Assembly: GCA_008632985.1 (NCBI GenBank)
Contig: QPGO01000007.1
Location: forward strand, 1 to 64,000
Direction: 5' to 3'
DNA: 64,000 nucleotides
Source: Psammoneis japonica
Lineage: Eukaryota
Shown here piece by piece: positions 20,621-33,489 of the stretch. Position 1 is the first letter of the stretch, and each line of letters starts with the position of its first letter. The position numbers were made by a program, and so were the translations under genes. The notes beneath the pieces were generated by a model. It saw nothing but the letters and a program-made list of their open reading frames with translations, was not told the DNA's origin and did not search any database.

Positions 20621-23180
20621 TCAAGGCTGTGGCGGTGGCACGCAAGGTCCCAAGTCGTTCGGGTTGAGCTGTGTGTTTCCACCATTATCCATGCAGGAAG
20701 CGCCAGTTGCAGTAGGGTTAATGGCGACATGGGCGGGCTAATTGTGGAGGGGGCAAAGGAGGATATTGAGTGATTGAGAACTTATTTGTTGTTTCGAGGA
20801 ATATTCCTTATACTTACAATGTTGTTCGCAAAAGTGCTTCCCGAAATTGTGGTTGTTCCACCTTCAATGCGAATCGCCCCAATGCCAAAGATCTAAAGCG
20901 TCGTTTGGAGCAGCTCGGGAACGGTTAGGTTGATTTCCAGACAAGTGATAATGAAAAGTAAAGATTGACACACTCACAGATGGCGTGGAAGTGATGCCTT
21001 CGAAAACGGAATCGAAAATGTCCAATGTACCTGACAAAGATCTGAACCAAATAGCGCCTGCAATCTACCGGTGGTGGCGACAGTAAAAGGCAATGCATGA
21101 GATGATGCTTAGTGGGGAATGAAAGTCACGATATTGAAAATGGTTAGCGAGACTCACAAAGCCTTTGGTATCCTTGAACTCGCAGTCATTGACAGTCACC
21201 GTGGCTGCGCTCGTCCTCACAAGGATAGGCAGTGTCGTGCTCCCTATCTGTAAGGAGGGAAGGGTTTAAGGACATGTCACGGCGCATTAAAGTGAAACGT
21301 TTGACAGACGAAAAACTGCCAGGAAACTGAAGAGACCCTGGTTGATAGCATGTGCTAGACTTACATCACGGAAACAGGTGCTGACCAAGTCGACTTGTGA
21401 CGAGATACCAGCTGTTGTTGGATCTTGGCCGAAAATCATTGCGAATTCCTGTCCGCGTATCGCATTTTTCAGAATAGGCGCTGTAAGGGCCGATGATAGG
21501 CACGCGCGGGCGAGGGAAATACCATCAGCAGCGAGACTTACTAGATCCACAAATTCACAATTCCTGACGCTTACGGATGCAAAGTTCAGAGGTGATATAC
21601 GTGCGGCACCTGACTGCAATTCAAACAATTGAAAGACGGTATGAGTATGGACGGGAAACGGATGGAATGGTGAGCAAAACAATAATTCACGATTTCGGCA
21701 GTACTCCTTACTTCGCCGGGTACGCCACCGAATGCACAATTTTCAAAAGAGACGGTTGCATCTAACGCATCCTCTAAGACATTTAGAGCCCTCTGAGTTT
21801 GAGTGACGTACGAACGTGCCGAACAAGATACAAGGAGGTGAGTCACTTTTCAAAATCTAGCTACGGTACAATCGCAGTGTTGTTACTTACGTAACTTCTA
21901 CCCGCCTTGAACTCGATGCCCGTAAAGTTTGACTTGAAACTTGTTGTAGGATTGCCTCGATTATCACCGCTGACAAAAATGTCTTTGTTTACTGCCGCTG
22001 GGCCTTGTATGCTTGACGAATCCATAATGCAATCAATGCCCGCGCAACGAACATCAATGTTCTTGCCGAACAGCTTTACTGGAGTCGGCGGAGTGGATGA
22101 AGGGCCTGTAAAAACAATTGTGCTGCCGCTACACTGGCAAATAAGCGTTGGCTCAGCTGCGGAGACATCGGCAGCGCCCCCAATAGCCGTCACCAAGTCG
22201 ACAAGGTTATCAACACACGGCTGACCTAGACATTTGGTATCAGGTGCCGGGTCCACTATGCGCTTCGTGCAAGGTTTCCGGGTTGGTGCGGATGACGGTT
22301 CCGCCACTGTCGTTGTAGTAGGGACTGACGATGGGTTCAACGATGATGATGATGGCTTCGAACTTGGCGCGAGCGATGGTTCTGCTGAAGGTCCATAGCT
22401 TGGTGCTAATGATGATGATGGTGGGTTTGTTGGTGCGGATGACGGATCCGCTGTTGTTGTAGGGACTGACGATGGGTTCAACGATGATGATGATGGCTTC
22501 GAACTTGGCGCGAGCGATGGTTCTGCTGAAGGTATATAGCTTGGTGCTAATGATGATGAGGATGGGTTAGAACTTGGTGAGGGCACGAGTCCGCCACCCC
22601 CCTTTCCTTTGCCGTGCCCCTTGCTGGTGCTGCTGCCACTTCCACTTTCACCGGCACTTCGTGAGGGCACGAGTCCGCCACCCCCCTTTCCATTGCCGTG
22701 CCCCTTGCTGGTGCTACTACCACTTCCACCTTTACCAGCACTTGATGAAGGAGCGGGGCCGTCACCGTTTCCTTTGCCGTGCCCCTTACTGGCACTGCTG
22801 CCACTGCTGGTTGCTTCTAAAGCAGTGTTAATGGCGGTGACTGGTTGATGTGAATAGTCATCACTGCTGGCCTCGTTAACGATATAGAGTCCTCGGTTCT
22901 CGGTGCGTAGAGATCCGCGCCCTTTGAGAACTCGGTCAACTGGGCGCTGCTCAATCGATGTAGCCGTCATACTAAACTTCAGCCCAACTTTTTCTTTCGC
23001 CTTCGTCTGGACGAGGATAGCTCGTTCATTTCCTTGTTCTTTGGTTGTCGCGTCGCTGTGTTCTTGTGTTGACTCGTCGATGATGAGCAACGAAGGCAGC
23101 AAACGCTTGCCACTGAGAACAAGAGGGACGACGCAAATGAAGAAAACAATAAGAAGCAGGCGGAGAACGGGGCAGATCAT
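20621..23180 (-). CDS. Multi-exon secreted protein with KG/Ser-rich and PSxxP mucin-like repeats plus Cys/beta-rich domains
   Basis: Signal peptide, SKGHGKG repeats and PSSAP/PSLAP repeats in the large first exon. Several downstream small exons with GT..AG borders; last exon PAHVAINP...PPPQP* ends at 20621. Exon structure is approximate. Confidence 0.65.
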
Positions 23181-24017
23181 GATGCTTTCGCTTTGGTGAG
23201 ATGTAAGATAGAAGTTGTGTGCTTACTGCTTACGTTTGATTTGCAGCCCGCGAAAACTCCCGGAATTCATTTTGAGCACTGGATCGTAAACCGCAACGAA
23301 CGAATAAGATGATCGTCCTTTGAGAAGTTCAATTCAAATGCTTTCTAAGTTACATTTAATGGGCATAGAGAGTCAACCTCTGTTTCCCTAAATGAAATGT
23401 GGCGGGAAAACGACTGCGTGCCACCCGGCCCGGCAAGATTTCTGCTCGAAAATGCTTGCTGTTTACAGTGCAGCTAGCACCGTGCAACCCTCTCTCTAAA
23501 GTATGTAAAAGACAACACACATCTTTTCACGCCTTTCGATCGAGTTCTTCCATCTGTTTCGCAGTTTTTCTTCCCGTTTTTGGCGCGGAACTTGGGACAG
23601 GTTACACAGGTTCAATGACGGACAAGCGAAGCAACGCGCAAGGGAAGGATCGTCTGTCCACCATTGTGCCCAACGAATGGACTGCTTTGTGCATTTTGCC
23701 GGCACATGGAGCCTTGCATGACTGGCACAATGGCTCTTCATCTCACTTCTAATTGTTGGACTGTTGCCAGCAGACATTTGTCAAACATGGGCTGACACGT
23801 CTGCTGTAAAATGGTGGTGCTGCCTCCAGCAGCCAGCTGAGGGCTTTGTGCACTGCAGGTGATGAAAAACAGCAGATTGCCAAAAGCCGTGTTGTGGAAA
23901 TCATGAGACTGGTTCATTGTCTTGAAAAGTGGAGTCATGTGAGTGCACAACCACACAAATTTCCTGTTGGTTCACACTTTGGATCTTGCTGCACACAGCC
24001 AGTGCACACCTGCTGTC

Positions 24018-24108
24018 TGTGTGTGTCATGATGCCGGCAATGATGGCTTTTCAATGCACACACACTATGTGAGAATGCTTGCTGCTCAGATCTCTGTGTT
24101 GCTGAGCC
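24018..24108. repeat. Dispersed ~90-bp repeat; second copy at ~32915-32998
   Basis: gtgtgtcatgatgc.ggca.tgatggc...tgcacacac...cttgct.ctcagatctc...gctgagcc in both places. Confidence 0.75.
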
Positions 24109-24199
24109 TTGGAGTCCCCCTGTGCTCCAACAGCGTGTGCCACCACTGCTGTGAGCAGTGCGCACCTTGTGCCCTGGATGGTGCACGCCACGTGCTCCC

Positions 24200-27100
24200 C
24201 CATGACTCAACAAGCAGCGACATGTCCTTGCAGGAGACAGGGCACAATGTGCTGCAGATTGCACATGCCCATCAGTGCACCATTTTGTGTGAAGAGCACT
24301 GCTGTCATGTGCGTGGACAACTTTGGCTTGACTCGCTCACACAACAGCCAGCTCAACATTTTGTCTTTTTTTCTTGTTTCACCAGCGCCAGCTGCCCAGC
24401 AGTGCGCAAGTTTTGTGATCTCATGTCTGTTGTTCAAGTGCACCAGCATCTGCTTTCTGTGCACTTGGCAAGATGGGCAGCAGACAGAATCACATCACAT
24501 CTGAAGGCAGACCAATTGTGCGGGACTTGCGTGTGCAGTCATGTGTGCCACAGCTCTTGTGGCAAAGGCTGCAGCTGATGAAGCACTGTTCAATGGGCAA
24601 CTCTCATCCCAGCTCCACATCCTGTGCTGAAAATGAGTGCACCATGTTGACAAGCACCTGGAGAGTGTGCAGTCCACAACTGCAGATTTCTTTCTTCACT
24701 TGTGGGGTTCCAAGCAATGCCATGGTCATGTTTGATCATTTGACTGAGTTCAGCACCACAAACTCAGCTTTGCAGTCATGGGCCAGCACTTTGACGACCA
24801 CAAATGCCTGCATGGCCATGTTTTTGTTCCATGATGTTTGCCGCAACATCCGCTCCTCATTTGGCAGGTGCTTCCTTGATCTCAAACCAGCCCGGTGGCT
24901 GGGTTGACCATGGTCACTGCCCACAATTGCAAAGTGTCCTTTCCAAGCCCATGTTGTTTATTTTGGCAGGGGCCAATCATGTCAAGACATGGAGCTCCTC
25001 ATGGGATCAACTCAGCCATTTTTCTGGCAGTTTCCCACAATGCTGTGTGTTTGGCATTTTGTCTTCTGGCATTGTTCACACTTGACATGTGCACAGCATG
25101 TCACAGGAGCTCTCATGCTGGGCCAATGGAAGCACTGGGCAATGGAAATTTCTGTGCATGTTTTGTCAGGGTGGCACAGCTGCTTGTGATGCCACTCTGT
25201 TGGAGGCTTTCCCAACACCTCTGGTGAAACAATTTTGTCCTGACAGCACATCAGCTGTCATGATGCACCCCCACCCCCACCCCACAAAAGAACATGTGGG
25301 CAGAGTGCACACTGGATCACTGTGCATTTTGTGACAGGTGCTTGTCCTTCTGCCCTTCTTGTTGCATTTTCTTGAAGCTTGCTGGTGGAGCTGATCCATC
25401 CAAAGTGAATGCTTCATGCAAGGGATGTGTGTCTGGCATCTCTGCTGCTCTGAGGGATTGCACTCAGACTCCAAACTTGGCCCCTTGATGTGTTGCAACT
25501 CAGGGCCACATTCTTCACACAGCAACCACCAAATGCATGATGACTTTGGCAGTGAACACTTTGCACACATGAGATTGTTTTTTGTGACCAGCACATGCAT
25601 TTGTGCATTGGCCAAAGAGCATCACTTGAAATTCTGTCAAGATCTCCACAACAGCCAGCAAGCAATTCTCTCTCTATTGTTGTGCAGCTCAGCTGCACAC
25701 TGTGAAGCTTTCCACCACAAAAGGCAATGTTGGGTCCACTGTCCTGTGACATTGCTGCTCCAAGTTGACATGAGGAGGCATCAACATGGACCTCAAATGG
25801 CTTGTTGAAACCCGGACGCACCAATGAGACATCATCTGACAACACTTTCTCAATGGTCCCAAACACCTCATCTTCTCAACAATGGATGTTCACTTTCATT
25901 TAGAAGCCCCACTTGTGAATCATGCAAGTGGCGCCAGAATTTCAGAGCATTTTTTCCAAGTGTCATGACAGCAGCTCACTGCACCAACAAAACAATGCAG
26001 CTGTTGTTTGGTGGCAGACTTCTTTGCAATGCACTCACCTTGACTTTAGAAGGTGTCAGGTGTGCTTTGCTCTGATTGGCCAAACAGCTCAACAGTGCTC
26101 CAGCTGGGTCTGGCAAAAAAGCAATTTTCTTGCATCAACTTCAAGCCTGGCATTGCTCATGCACACTGGTGAAGCATGACCACCAGCTTTCCAGGTGGTC
26201 TTCATGAGCACCCTCAGCAATTGCAAGAAGATCATCTGAGTGAACATGCATGAATGACAAATCTTTGAATGGCTCTGACATCTTTTCCTGGAAAACATCC
26301 AGCAAATCACATGAGCCCACTGGAAGGACCTGCATTTTGCACTTTCCCCACCATGGGAAGACACACACATGTGCTGCTTTTGGCTGTCACTGTCAAGTTG
26401 AATGTGACAATTTGTTCTGCACTCAAATCCAACAATTTTGTCACACATGATGAAGCCCTTGAGCTGAAGTGGCATGTCCTGGACACAGGGAGCTGGACAA
26501 GGCACTCTTTTGGTTCTTTTGTCTCAAGCTCTCAGAACTTCTTGACACACTGCACCATTGAATCTTTTTTTGGTGTGGCAAACAATGGAGTGGCCCACTA
26601 CAAACGGTTGGCACATTGACAATTGGCACATTTGAGAGTGCCAATCTCACACAAGTGCGCCATCTCTTCATGCAGTGCAGATGGCTTCATGTGCCCTTGG
26701 GACTTTGTGCAGATGATTGTGTCCATGATGTGGCTTCTTGACACCCTCTCTTCAGCTGGGCATGGAGGGGATCCCCTTTCCATCCACCCAAGGGCTCAAG
26801 TTGGCTCAATGGCCTGAGAAGCTGTGCTTTCTAGCCACAATTTGGCCATCATGTTGCCCTCGCATCATCATGTCCTCAAGGCATGCCAGTGCAGCACACT
26901 GGGCACCCAGAATTTTCCAAGTTCTGTCACTTTCCAACAATGGAGGTTTTGGATCTTGAAGACAGAAGGAGGTTTCTGCTGCAGCTTCCACATCTCTCAT
27001 TGGCATCTTGCCAATGACCTGCAGCGTCAATGCCCTGAGGCTCCAATGTGTCTTGCCCAACAAGCATGCTGCATTTGCCTGACAATCCACTGTGCATGTG

Positions 27101-28500
27101 GCTGGACTTCATGTGTGATTTCTGCAGTTGTGGATGATTCTTGCAAAAGTGGAACTCAGCGGCACAATCATGTGCCATTTTGAAGCTGCTGACTGCTGCA
27201 CTCTCCAGTTCATGGTTTGGCCATCACATGACTCTGAAGCTGACTGCAGCACCTCACATCTGGCAGTGTTTTGCTGGCACTGCTGTCCAGCAGTGCCTTG
27301 GTTGCTTCGCCAGTCTTGCCTTTGCCATGCTTGGCACTTGCAGCCACAAACAAGAATGGTGTCAAATGAGCATGCTTGGTGCAAATTCATTGGATGGCTG
27401 GCCTGCAACGCAAGTGCAGTGACAGGACACATTGGTGCATTGAACCCATCTAACTCATGTCAGCCTGCTTCTCAGTCAGGTGCATTCATGATCCAAGTCA
27501 GCATCTGAGTTGCTTGGGAAGAGGTTGCGGAAACAACTAAATTCCTCCTTGCAAGCCTTGTGTTTGGCTTTGGGGCTTGAGCATGCTGCCTTCATCCTTG
27601 GCTTCAACAACCACATTTTGTGCTCATCCTTGTTGCATGCCTTCTGCACAGATGGGTCACTGCTGCTGTCTGATTGGGGTGTTTTGAGACACTTTACTTG
27701 ATGTTTCAAACTGCTGCATGTTTGAGGGCTTTCTCTGGACTCACAATCAATGGTCATCAAGGACTTTCTGTTCCATGGCACCACTTCCCAGGAACATTGG
27801 TGCTGCCTTCCTGCTCACCTTTGGAATGTTCAACACTTGCTCTGCATGCTCACAGAAAAAAAGATGAGTTAGACAATGCCACATGCCAAGGGGCTGCAAG
27901 ACTCCTTAGTGACCATTTCTTTCTGCCACATGTTGAGCACCCTTCAAGTGAGTCAACCAGCTCATCATCTGGCAATGACACAGGCACTGTGCACCATCGT
28001 CCTCCATCACAGGTGGAAACAGTGAACACAGCTGATGAGCTCAAAAGCCCCCATGATGCAACCATGAGTCTTCATGTCAAGCAGCTTGCAAGCACAATGT
28101 TGTTGATGATGCTTCTGCCACAGTGCCACCCAGCAAGGGAAGATGCTTTTGCCAACTTTTGTGAAACATGCCTTGAGCAACACATTGGTTTCCATGTTGT
28201 GTTTCTCAGCTTTGCTGTCAAATGCAGCCAAGGCATCACCTTTGAGCAACTGGCACACAAGCAAAATCTTCTCCGGACCTGCAGCGCTGTGTGGGAATGA
28301 TGGGTGCTCTTCACACACATGCCTGCGCAACATGTTTCTGCACTTGACAAGAAGAACAATGAACAACAACTGCAATTTTCAGGTTTGTGACAGCAGTTTC
28401 CATCAATGCACAATTTTTGCAAACATCAACTGTTCATTGTGTTCTGTCATTTGATTTGTGAACAATTTCACTGTGATTGCCTGTTTGAAGTTGCGCACCA
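24200..28500 (-). mobile_element. Heavily mutated Ty3/Gypsy LTR retrotransposon relic (gag-RT-RNaseH-integrase)
   Basis: RT remnants PWWGKCKMQVLPVG..DVFQEKM..VHSDDLL (from YxDD); RNaseH PFEVHVDASSCQLGAAMSQ..KLHSVQLSCTTIERELL; integrase-like LCHP and HDCKAEF. The order fits Gypsy; borders are approximate. Confidence 0.85.
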
Positions 28501-29409
28501 GCATTTTCTTTGCCGTGGCTGATGTTCACAGATGAAGGTTGCAACAGCATCAAATGTGCAGTGTCTCATTTCACAAATTTTGGTCTTGTTAATTTGGCTA
28601 GAATGCCTTCCATTTGGTCACCCACTGCCTGCATTGCAAGGTGTTTCTGCTGCATTTGTCTCTCTTTGTTTCATTGGACACTGCACAATGCATCTGCCAA
28701 CCCATTGTTTTGGCAACAATGGCACGCCCCTGCCACAATCTGCCAGGTGCTGATTGCTTGTCTGATGACAACAATGAACATGTTCTCCTTTGACATTTTC
28801 AAAAACATCCTCAGTGCTTTTCTTTCTTCCAGCTCATCCTCAACAATGTGCCTCTTTGTTTGCCTGAATGGATTTCAATGGATTTTTTCATGTGGCAGGA
28901 TGGGTGCAAAATTTTGTTACAAAATCAACCAACACAGTGACGTTGGTGGACAACAAGAGCACAACAGCAATGCTGTCTTCAAAATTGTGACAGAGGATGA
29001 GCAACAACAAAATGCTGCTCCTTGTTGCTTGGCAAGAAACTTTGGAAATGGCTTGAGCTGTGCCAGGTGGGGGTGAAAATGACACAGCAAGCTTCTGCAC
29101 CCTTGGTTGCATCAAGGCAAGTTGTGTTCTTGTCTCCTGCATCGTTGCCTCATGCGTTGCTCCCTGCATTTCATGCAGTGCCTCGGCACCATGGGCCGGC
29201 GCATCATTTTCTGTCTTGGTGCTGCTTTGCTCTTGCATCAGAGTTCATTGGCAGTGCCACTGATGGTGCAGCAGTGGCGCACATTGCCAGTTTGTGCTTG
29301 GACTCAGGCACTGGTGCTGTTGCTTTGGGAATGGCAAGGATGCACACTGACACCAAGTTGGCCTTTTTCATTTGGAAAGAATGTCCGGAAACAGCCAGTT
29401 GGGCACTGG

Positions 29410-30150
29410 GCACAAGGTGACAAGGATGGGCCACAACACTTCAAGACCAGCAACCTCACAATGCCCAACTGGCAGAGCTCTCAAAGTGTTGCCTGGGGTG
29501 CACCAAAGACCACCAATGCCCTCTGCCAGCAGTTGTCAGGTTGGTTGGTGCCCCACATGGGATCTTTGCACTCCAGAGTTGGGGAAGTCAAGCCTGCTGT
29601 GCCGTTGGCGGCACAAGGTGACATGGGGCCACAACACTTCAAGATCAGCAACCTCACAATGCCCAACCAGCACACAGCTCTCAAAGTGTCATCTGGGGTC
29701 CACCAAAGACCAGCACCAATGCCCTCTGCCAGCAGTTGTCAGGTTGGCTGGTGTCATCATGGAATCTTTGCACCCTGATGGAGTTGGGAAAGTCAAGTCT
29801 TCTGCTGCTGCTGGGGACAAGGTGTCCCAGGGCCACAACAACATCAACCTTGCAATGACAAACAACAGTTCTTGAAGTGTCACCTGGGGTCCACCAGACA
29901 CCACCACCAATGCCTTCAGCTTGCAGCTGTCAGCTTGGTTGGTGCCATCATTGGGTCTTTTTAGCGTGGAGTTTGGAAGCTCAAGTGTGCTGCTGTTGGG
30001 GAGAGAAGAGGTGAGACATGGGGCCACAATGCCACAAGATCAACAACATTGCAGCTGCCAACAACTGCTCTTTAAATGTTGCCTGTGGTCTGCTGCATGT
30101 TGCCAGCATCCTCAGCCCAGCTTGCAGCTGTTGGGTTGGTTGGCGCCACT
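29410..30150. repeat. Degenerate tandem array, ~200-bp unit, about 4 copies
   Basis: aaggtg...ggccacaacac...caacctcacaatg...ctggggt.cacca...gttgtcaggttgg recurs at ~29412, 29614, 29818 and 30010. Confidence 0.8.
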
Positions 30151-31254
30151 GTGCAACACAAACAAACTGCTCAGACCAGCACAAACAATGTGAAAATTTG
30201 TTCTTGACAACAAGAGCCAGTTGAGATCATGCATGAAAACTGAGGCACAAAACTTCTTAAAAAAAACAGATGCACTGCATGTGATTGAAGCACACAGTGT
30301 TGAGCACACACTGCTGCCAAACAACAAATGACAGCTCACAGCAAAAATGCCCCCCCAGCAATGAAGGAAACTTCAAAAATGAGTGTGACAAAAGGCTCTG
30401 AAAATGACAACTTGCAAAATGACATGGACAATGATTGCCCGGCCAGGTGGCTCATGGCTTGGCATCATGCCAAAATGCACGTCATTGCCACCACACAAAA
30501 CAGCATGAAAATCAGGGTGCTTGGGCCCCATCCTGTGTGCAGCAACAATTTGCAGGAAGGCACCAATGAAGCCAAGGACTGTGCACACTCAAACAAAGAA
30601 AAGCAATGAGAAAAGCAAGAGGCAAGAAGCATGGCACAAAAGCAGGCAGCTCTCAGGACAGTGCAAAAACTTCTTGTGCTTTTGCCTGTCCTTGATGCTC
30701 AGCAGACAAATTTGCACAAGTTTCGCCAGCAGGACATGCTGCACTGCAATGTTGCACCAAGGTGAGTGGAAGTGGCATCATTGTTGTTCAACTGAACATG
30801 CAAAACTCATGACTTCTTTGCTTTCTTCTGGCAGGCATTGCTGCAGCACTCCTTGCATGCTGAGTGACACACAGAGAAGCCAATGCTTGTTGAAAGACAA
30901 ATGACAGAACCGTGACACTGACTGGAACACAGATGCCAGCTTGAGCACAACACCATGCCAGCACAGCAAAGAACAAGAAGATGCCACACAGGAGACAGCA
31001 AAAGGAAATGGGAAGGGGAGTGAGCAGCAGTGAGCAAGAACACGGTGCAGCACAAAGCCAACATTGCCAGAAACCAACATTGCAAAATGTGCAAATCAAA
31101 TTGTCAGCAGCATGCATCCAATGAAAAGAGAGTTGCAATGAGATCAACTTGCATGGTTGTTCTCAGAAATGAGTCAGCACGTCAGCAGTTTGTCGCACAT
31201 GCACTGTTGCCAAGATCAAAAACTGACAAGCCACACACCATGTGTCACTCCTTG

Positions 31255-31700
31255 TGCAATATACAGCTACTAATAAGAGTTAATGTATCACGGCGACGTG
31301 TTACAGCCTTTAAATGTCACAAAGGGCGTGACAAAAATAACCTTTTGTCTGCATGCATACTGCATTATGAATTCATAGCGGAGTGGTACATCGTAACCAC
31401 TAGGCAGGAGGCCAGGGGTTCGAAACCCGAGTGGGAGTTGTCTGCAGCAACGTTGATCATTGTCGAACGCGTAAAACTCTGTGCAGTTCTGTATGTTCCT
31501 TCGTACGTACCCACACTGTTCCGCCAAAACCGTGCAGTGTCAGTACACGTTAGTAAAGAGCCGTATGGACGCGTGATACATGGGGAGGAGTGCAATATAC
31601 AGCTACTAATAAGAGTTAATGTATCACGGCGACGTGTTACAGCCTTTAAATGTCACAAAGGGCGTGACAAAAATAACCTTTTGTCTGCATGCATGCTGCA
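31255..31700 (+). mobile_element. Intact young TRIM (miniature LTR retrotransposon), 446 bp
   Basis: 110-bp LTRs at 31255-31364 and 31591-31700 (TGCA...TGCA) differing at one base; polypurine tract GGGGAGGAG right before the 3' LTR; 4-bp target-site duplication CTTG (31251-31254 and 31701-31704). Confidence 0.92.
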
Positions 31701-33489
31701 CTTGTTGTTTCCCGCTTTGCCAATTGGCTCAAATGTTGACACAACAACATTTGCAATGGCTGCATTGCAAACATGTGTGTGCAAAATCCATCTTGTCAAG
31801 ATCTCACACATTCTTTTGACACCAAATTTCATTGAGTCTCTTGCCCCCCACTTTGCCAATTTGCTTGATTGTCAAAAATGCTTTTGAGGATGGATCATCA
31901 ACTTGCAGGCAGTTTTGTGGGAACTTGCAACTTTTGTAAAAAGATGGACCATGTGTCATCCAAAAGCAAATTTCAGTGACAGGTTGAACTTTGTCTGTTC
32001 ACAACACATCGCAGAATGCACACCAAGATGGTTGCGACCATGTGTGATGTCCAGCTCACAGACTGCAGAAATGTCTGTCAAGTGCCAGTTGTTGTTGGTG
32101 GGGAACATTGTGGCTTGTCCAGCAGAAGTGGCACAGTTTTGGCAAACAAAACAGATCATTGAACCTGACAACTGTGCCAAATCTGACAATTGGTGTTTGA
32201 AGGTGTTGACAAGTGCAGTTCACACACAGGTCTGATGGACCTGATGGGGGGATTGGACACACTCACAGGTGTTTGGGGTGCTTGGATGCATTTGCAAAAT
32301 GATGCTGGCAAAGTTTGGGAAGATGGCAAAATTGCAGTCCATTTAAAAACAATGCTGCCAACCAACAATCCATCCTTGACCACACCAGTCAAAGAGGTCA
32401 GAGCTTGTTGAGAGCGCAGGTTTCTTATCAAAAGCAAAGAATGTGGCTCCAAACGAGAGCCACAACATTGTCCAGATGCACCCACAGAAAAGCACGGAAC
32501 ACTCAGTTCACACATTGCACTGTCAGCATCTGCTGGTGTGCTGGCAAGTTCCTGAGTTCACACATCTGACATTCTCTCTTCAACAGCACCTTCTTCTCTG
32601 GACATTTTGGCTGAATGAGCAGCTCAGCCGCCCACTTCTTTGTGGTTGGTTTGATTTGTCATTGGCTTGACCAACATCACGGCCATCACACACTTGCGGG
32701 AGTGACGTTTTTGTGCCTTGTGCATCACCAGGCAATGAAAAGAGGCAGATCATCAAAAGTCATGTTGTAGAAATGGAGGGACCCATTTGTTGTCCAGAAA
32801 ACAGGAGGAATCAGGTGAATTCCCTGTTGGTTTGCATTTTGCATCATGTGCAGCTGGGCATGCATGAGTTTCTCTGACCCCATTTGCAAGTCATCATGCA
32901 CACACATGTGCATTGTGTGTGTCATGATGCTGGCATTGATGGCCTGTCAAAGTGCACACACCAAGCACTTGCTCCTCAGATCTCCAAGTCGCTGAGCCAC
33001 AGACCCCTCCCGCACTTCCATGGTGGTGCAGGCTGCTTGAGCAACAGGAGGCTGCCACTGCTGTGGTGCACGTGCCTTGCCCCCTGGGACATGCACAGTC
33101 TGGCCATGTTGCCAGTGCAGCACATGCTGCATCAAGCTGCAGGTGTGGCCAAGCTCAGCCAGCTGCTGGGTGGCCAGTGCCGCTGATGCCAGGCCAAGCC
33201 AGGGCTCTCAACTTGCGCGCTGGTTTGCCAAAGGCAATCCAGGCACCTGGGGTTTGTGGGGCCCCAAGTGAAAGCTGCTGGCCAAAAGCACATGCTCTCT
33301 CAGATGTTGGCACAGTGGCAAAGATTGTTTGGGTGGCATTTCCTGCACCATGCACACTTCGTTCATCAGCAAAACAATCTAAAATGCAGACAGATGCAAG
33401 GCAAATGCTGGATGATGCCTGTCTTGTCTGTCAAACCATGGGAACAAACCACAGTTTAGAGCATGCTCACTGGGCAACTTGCATCATTC

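Noticed and set aside
24018..32998. The ~90-bp repeat pair as LTRs of the Gypsy relic
   Set aside because: Similarity is short and I could not identify TG..CA ends, PBS, PPT or TSD; left as a dispersed repeat.
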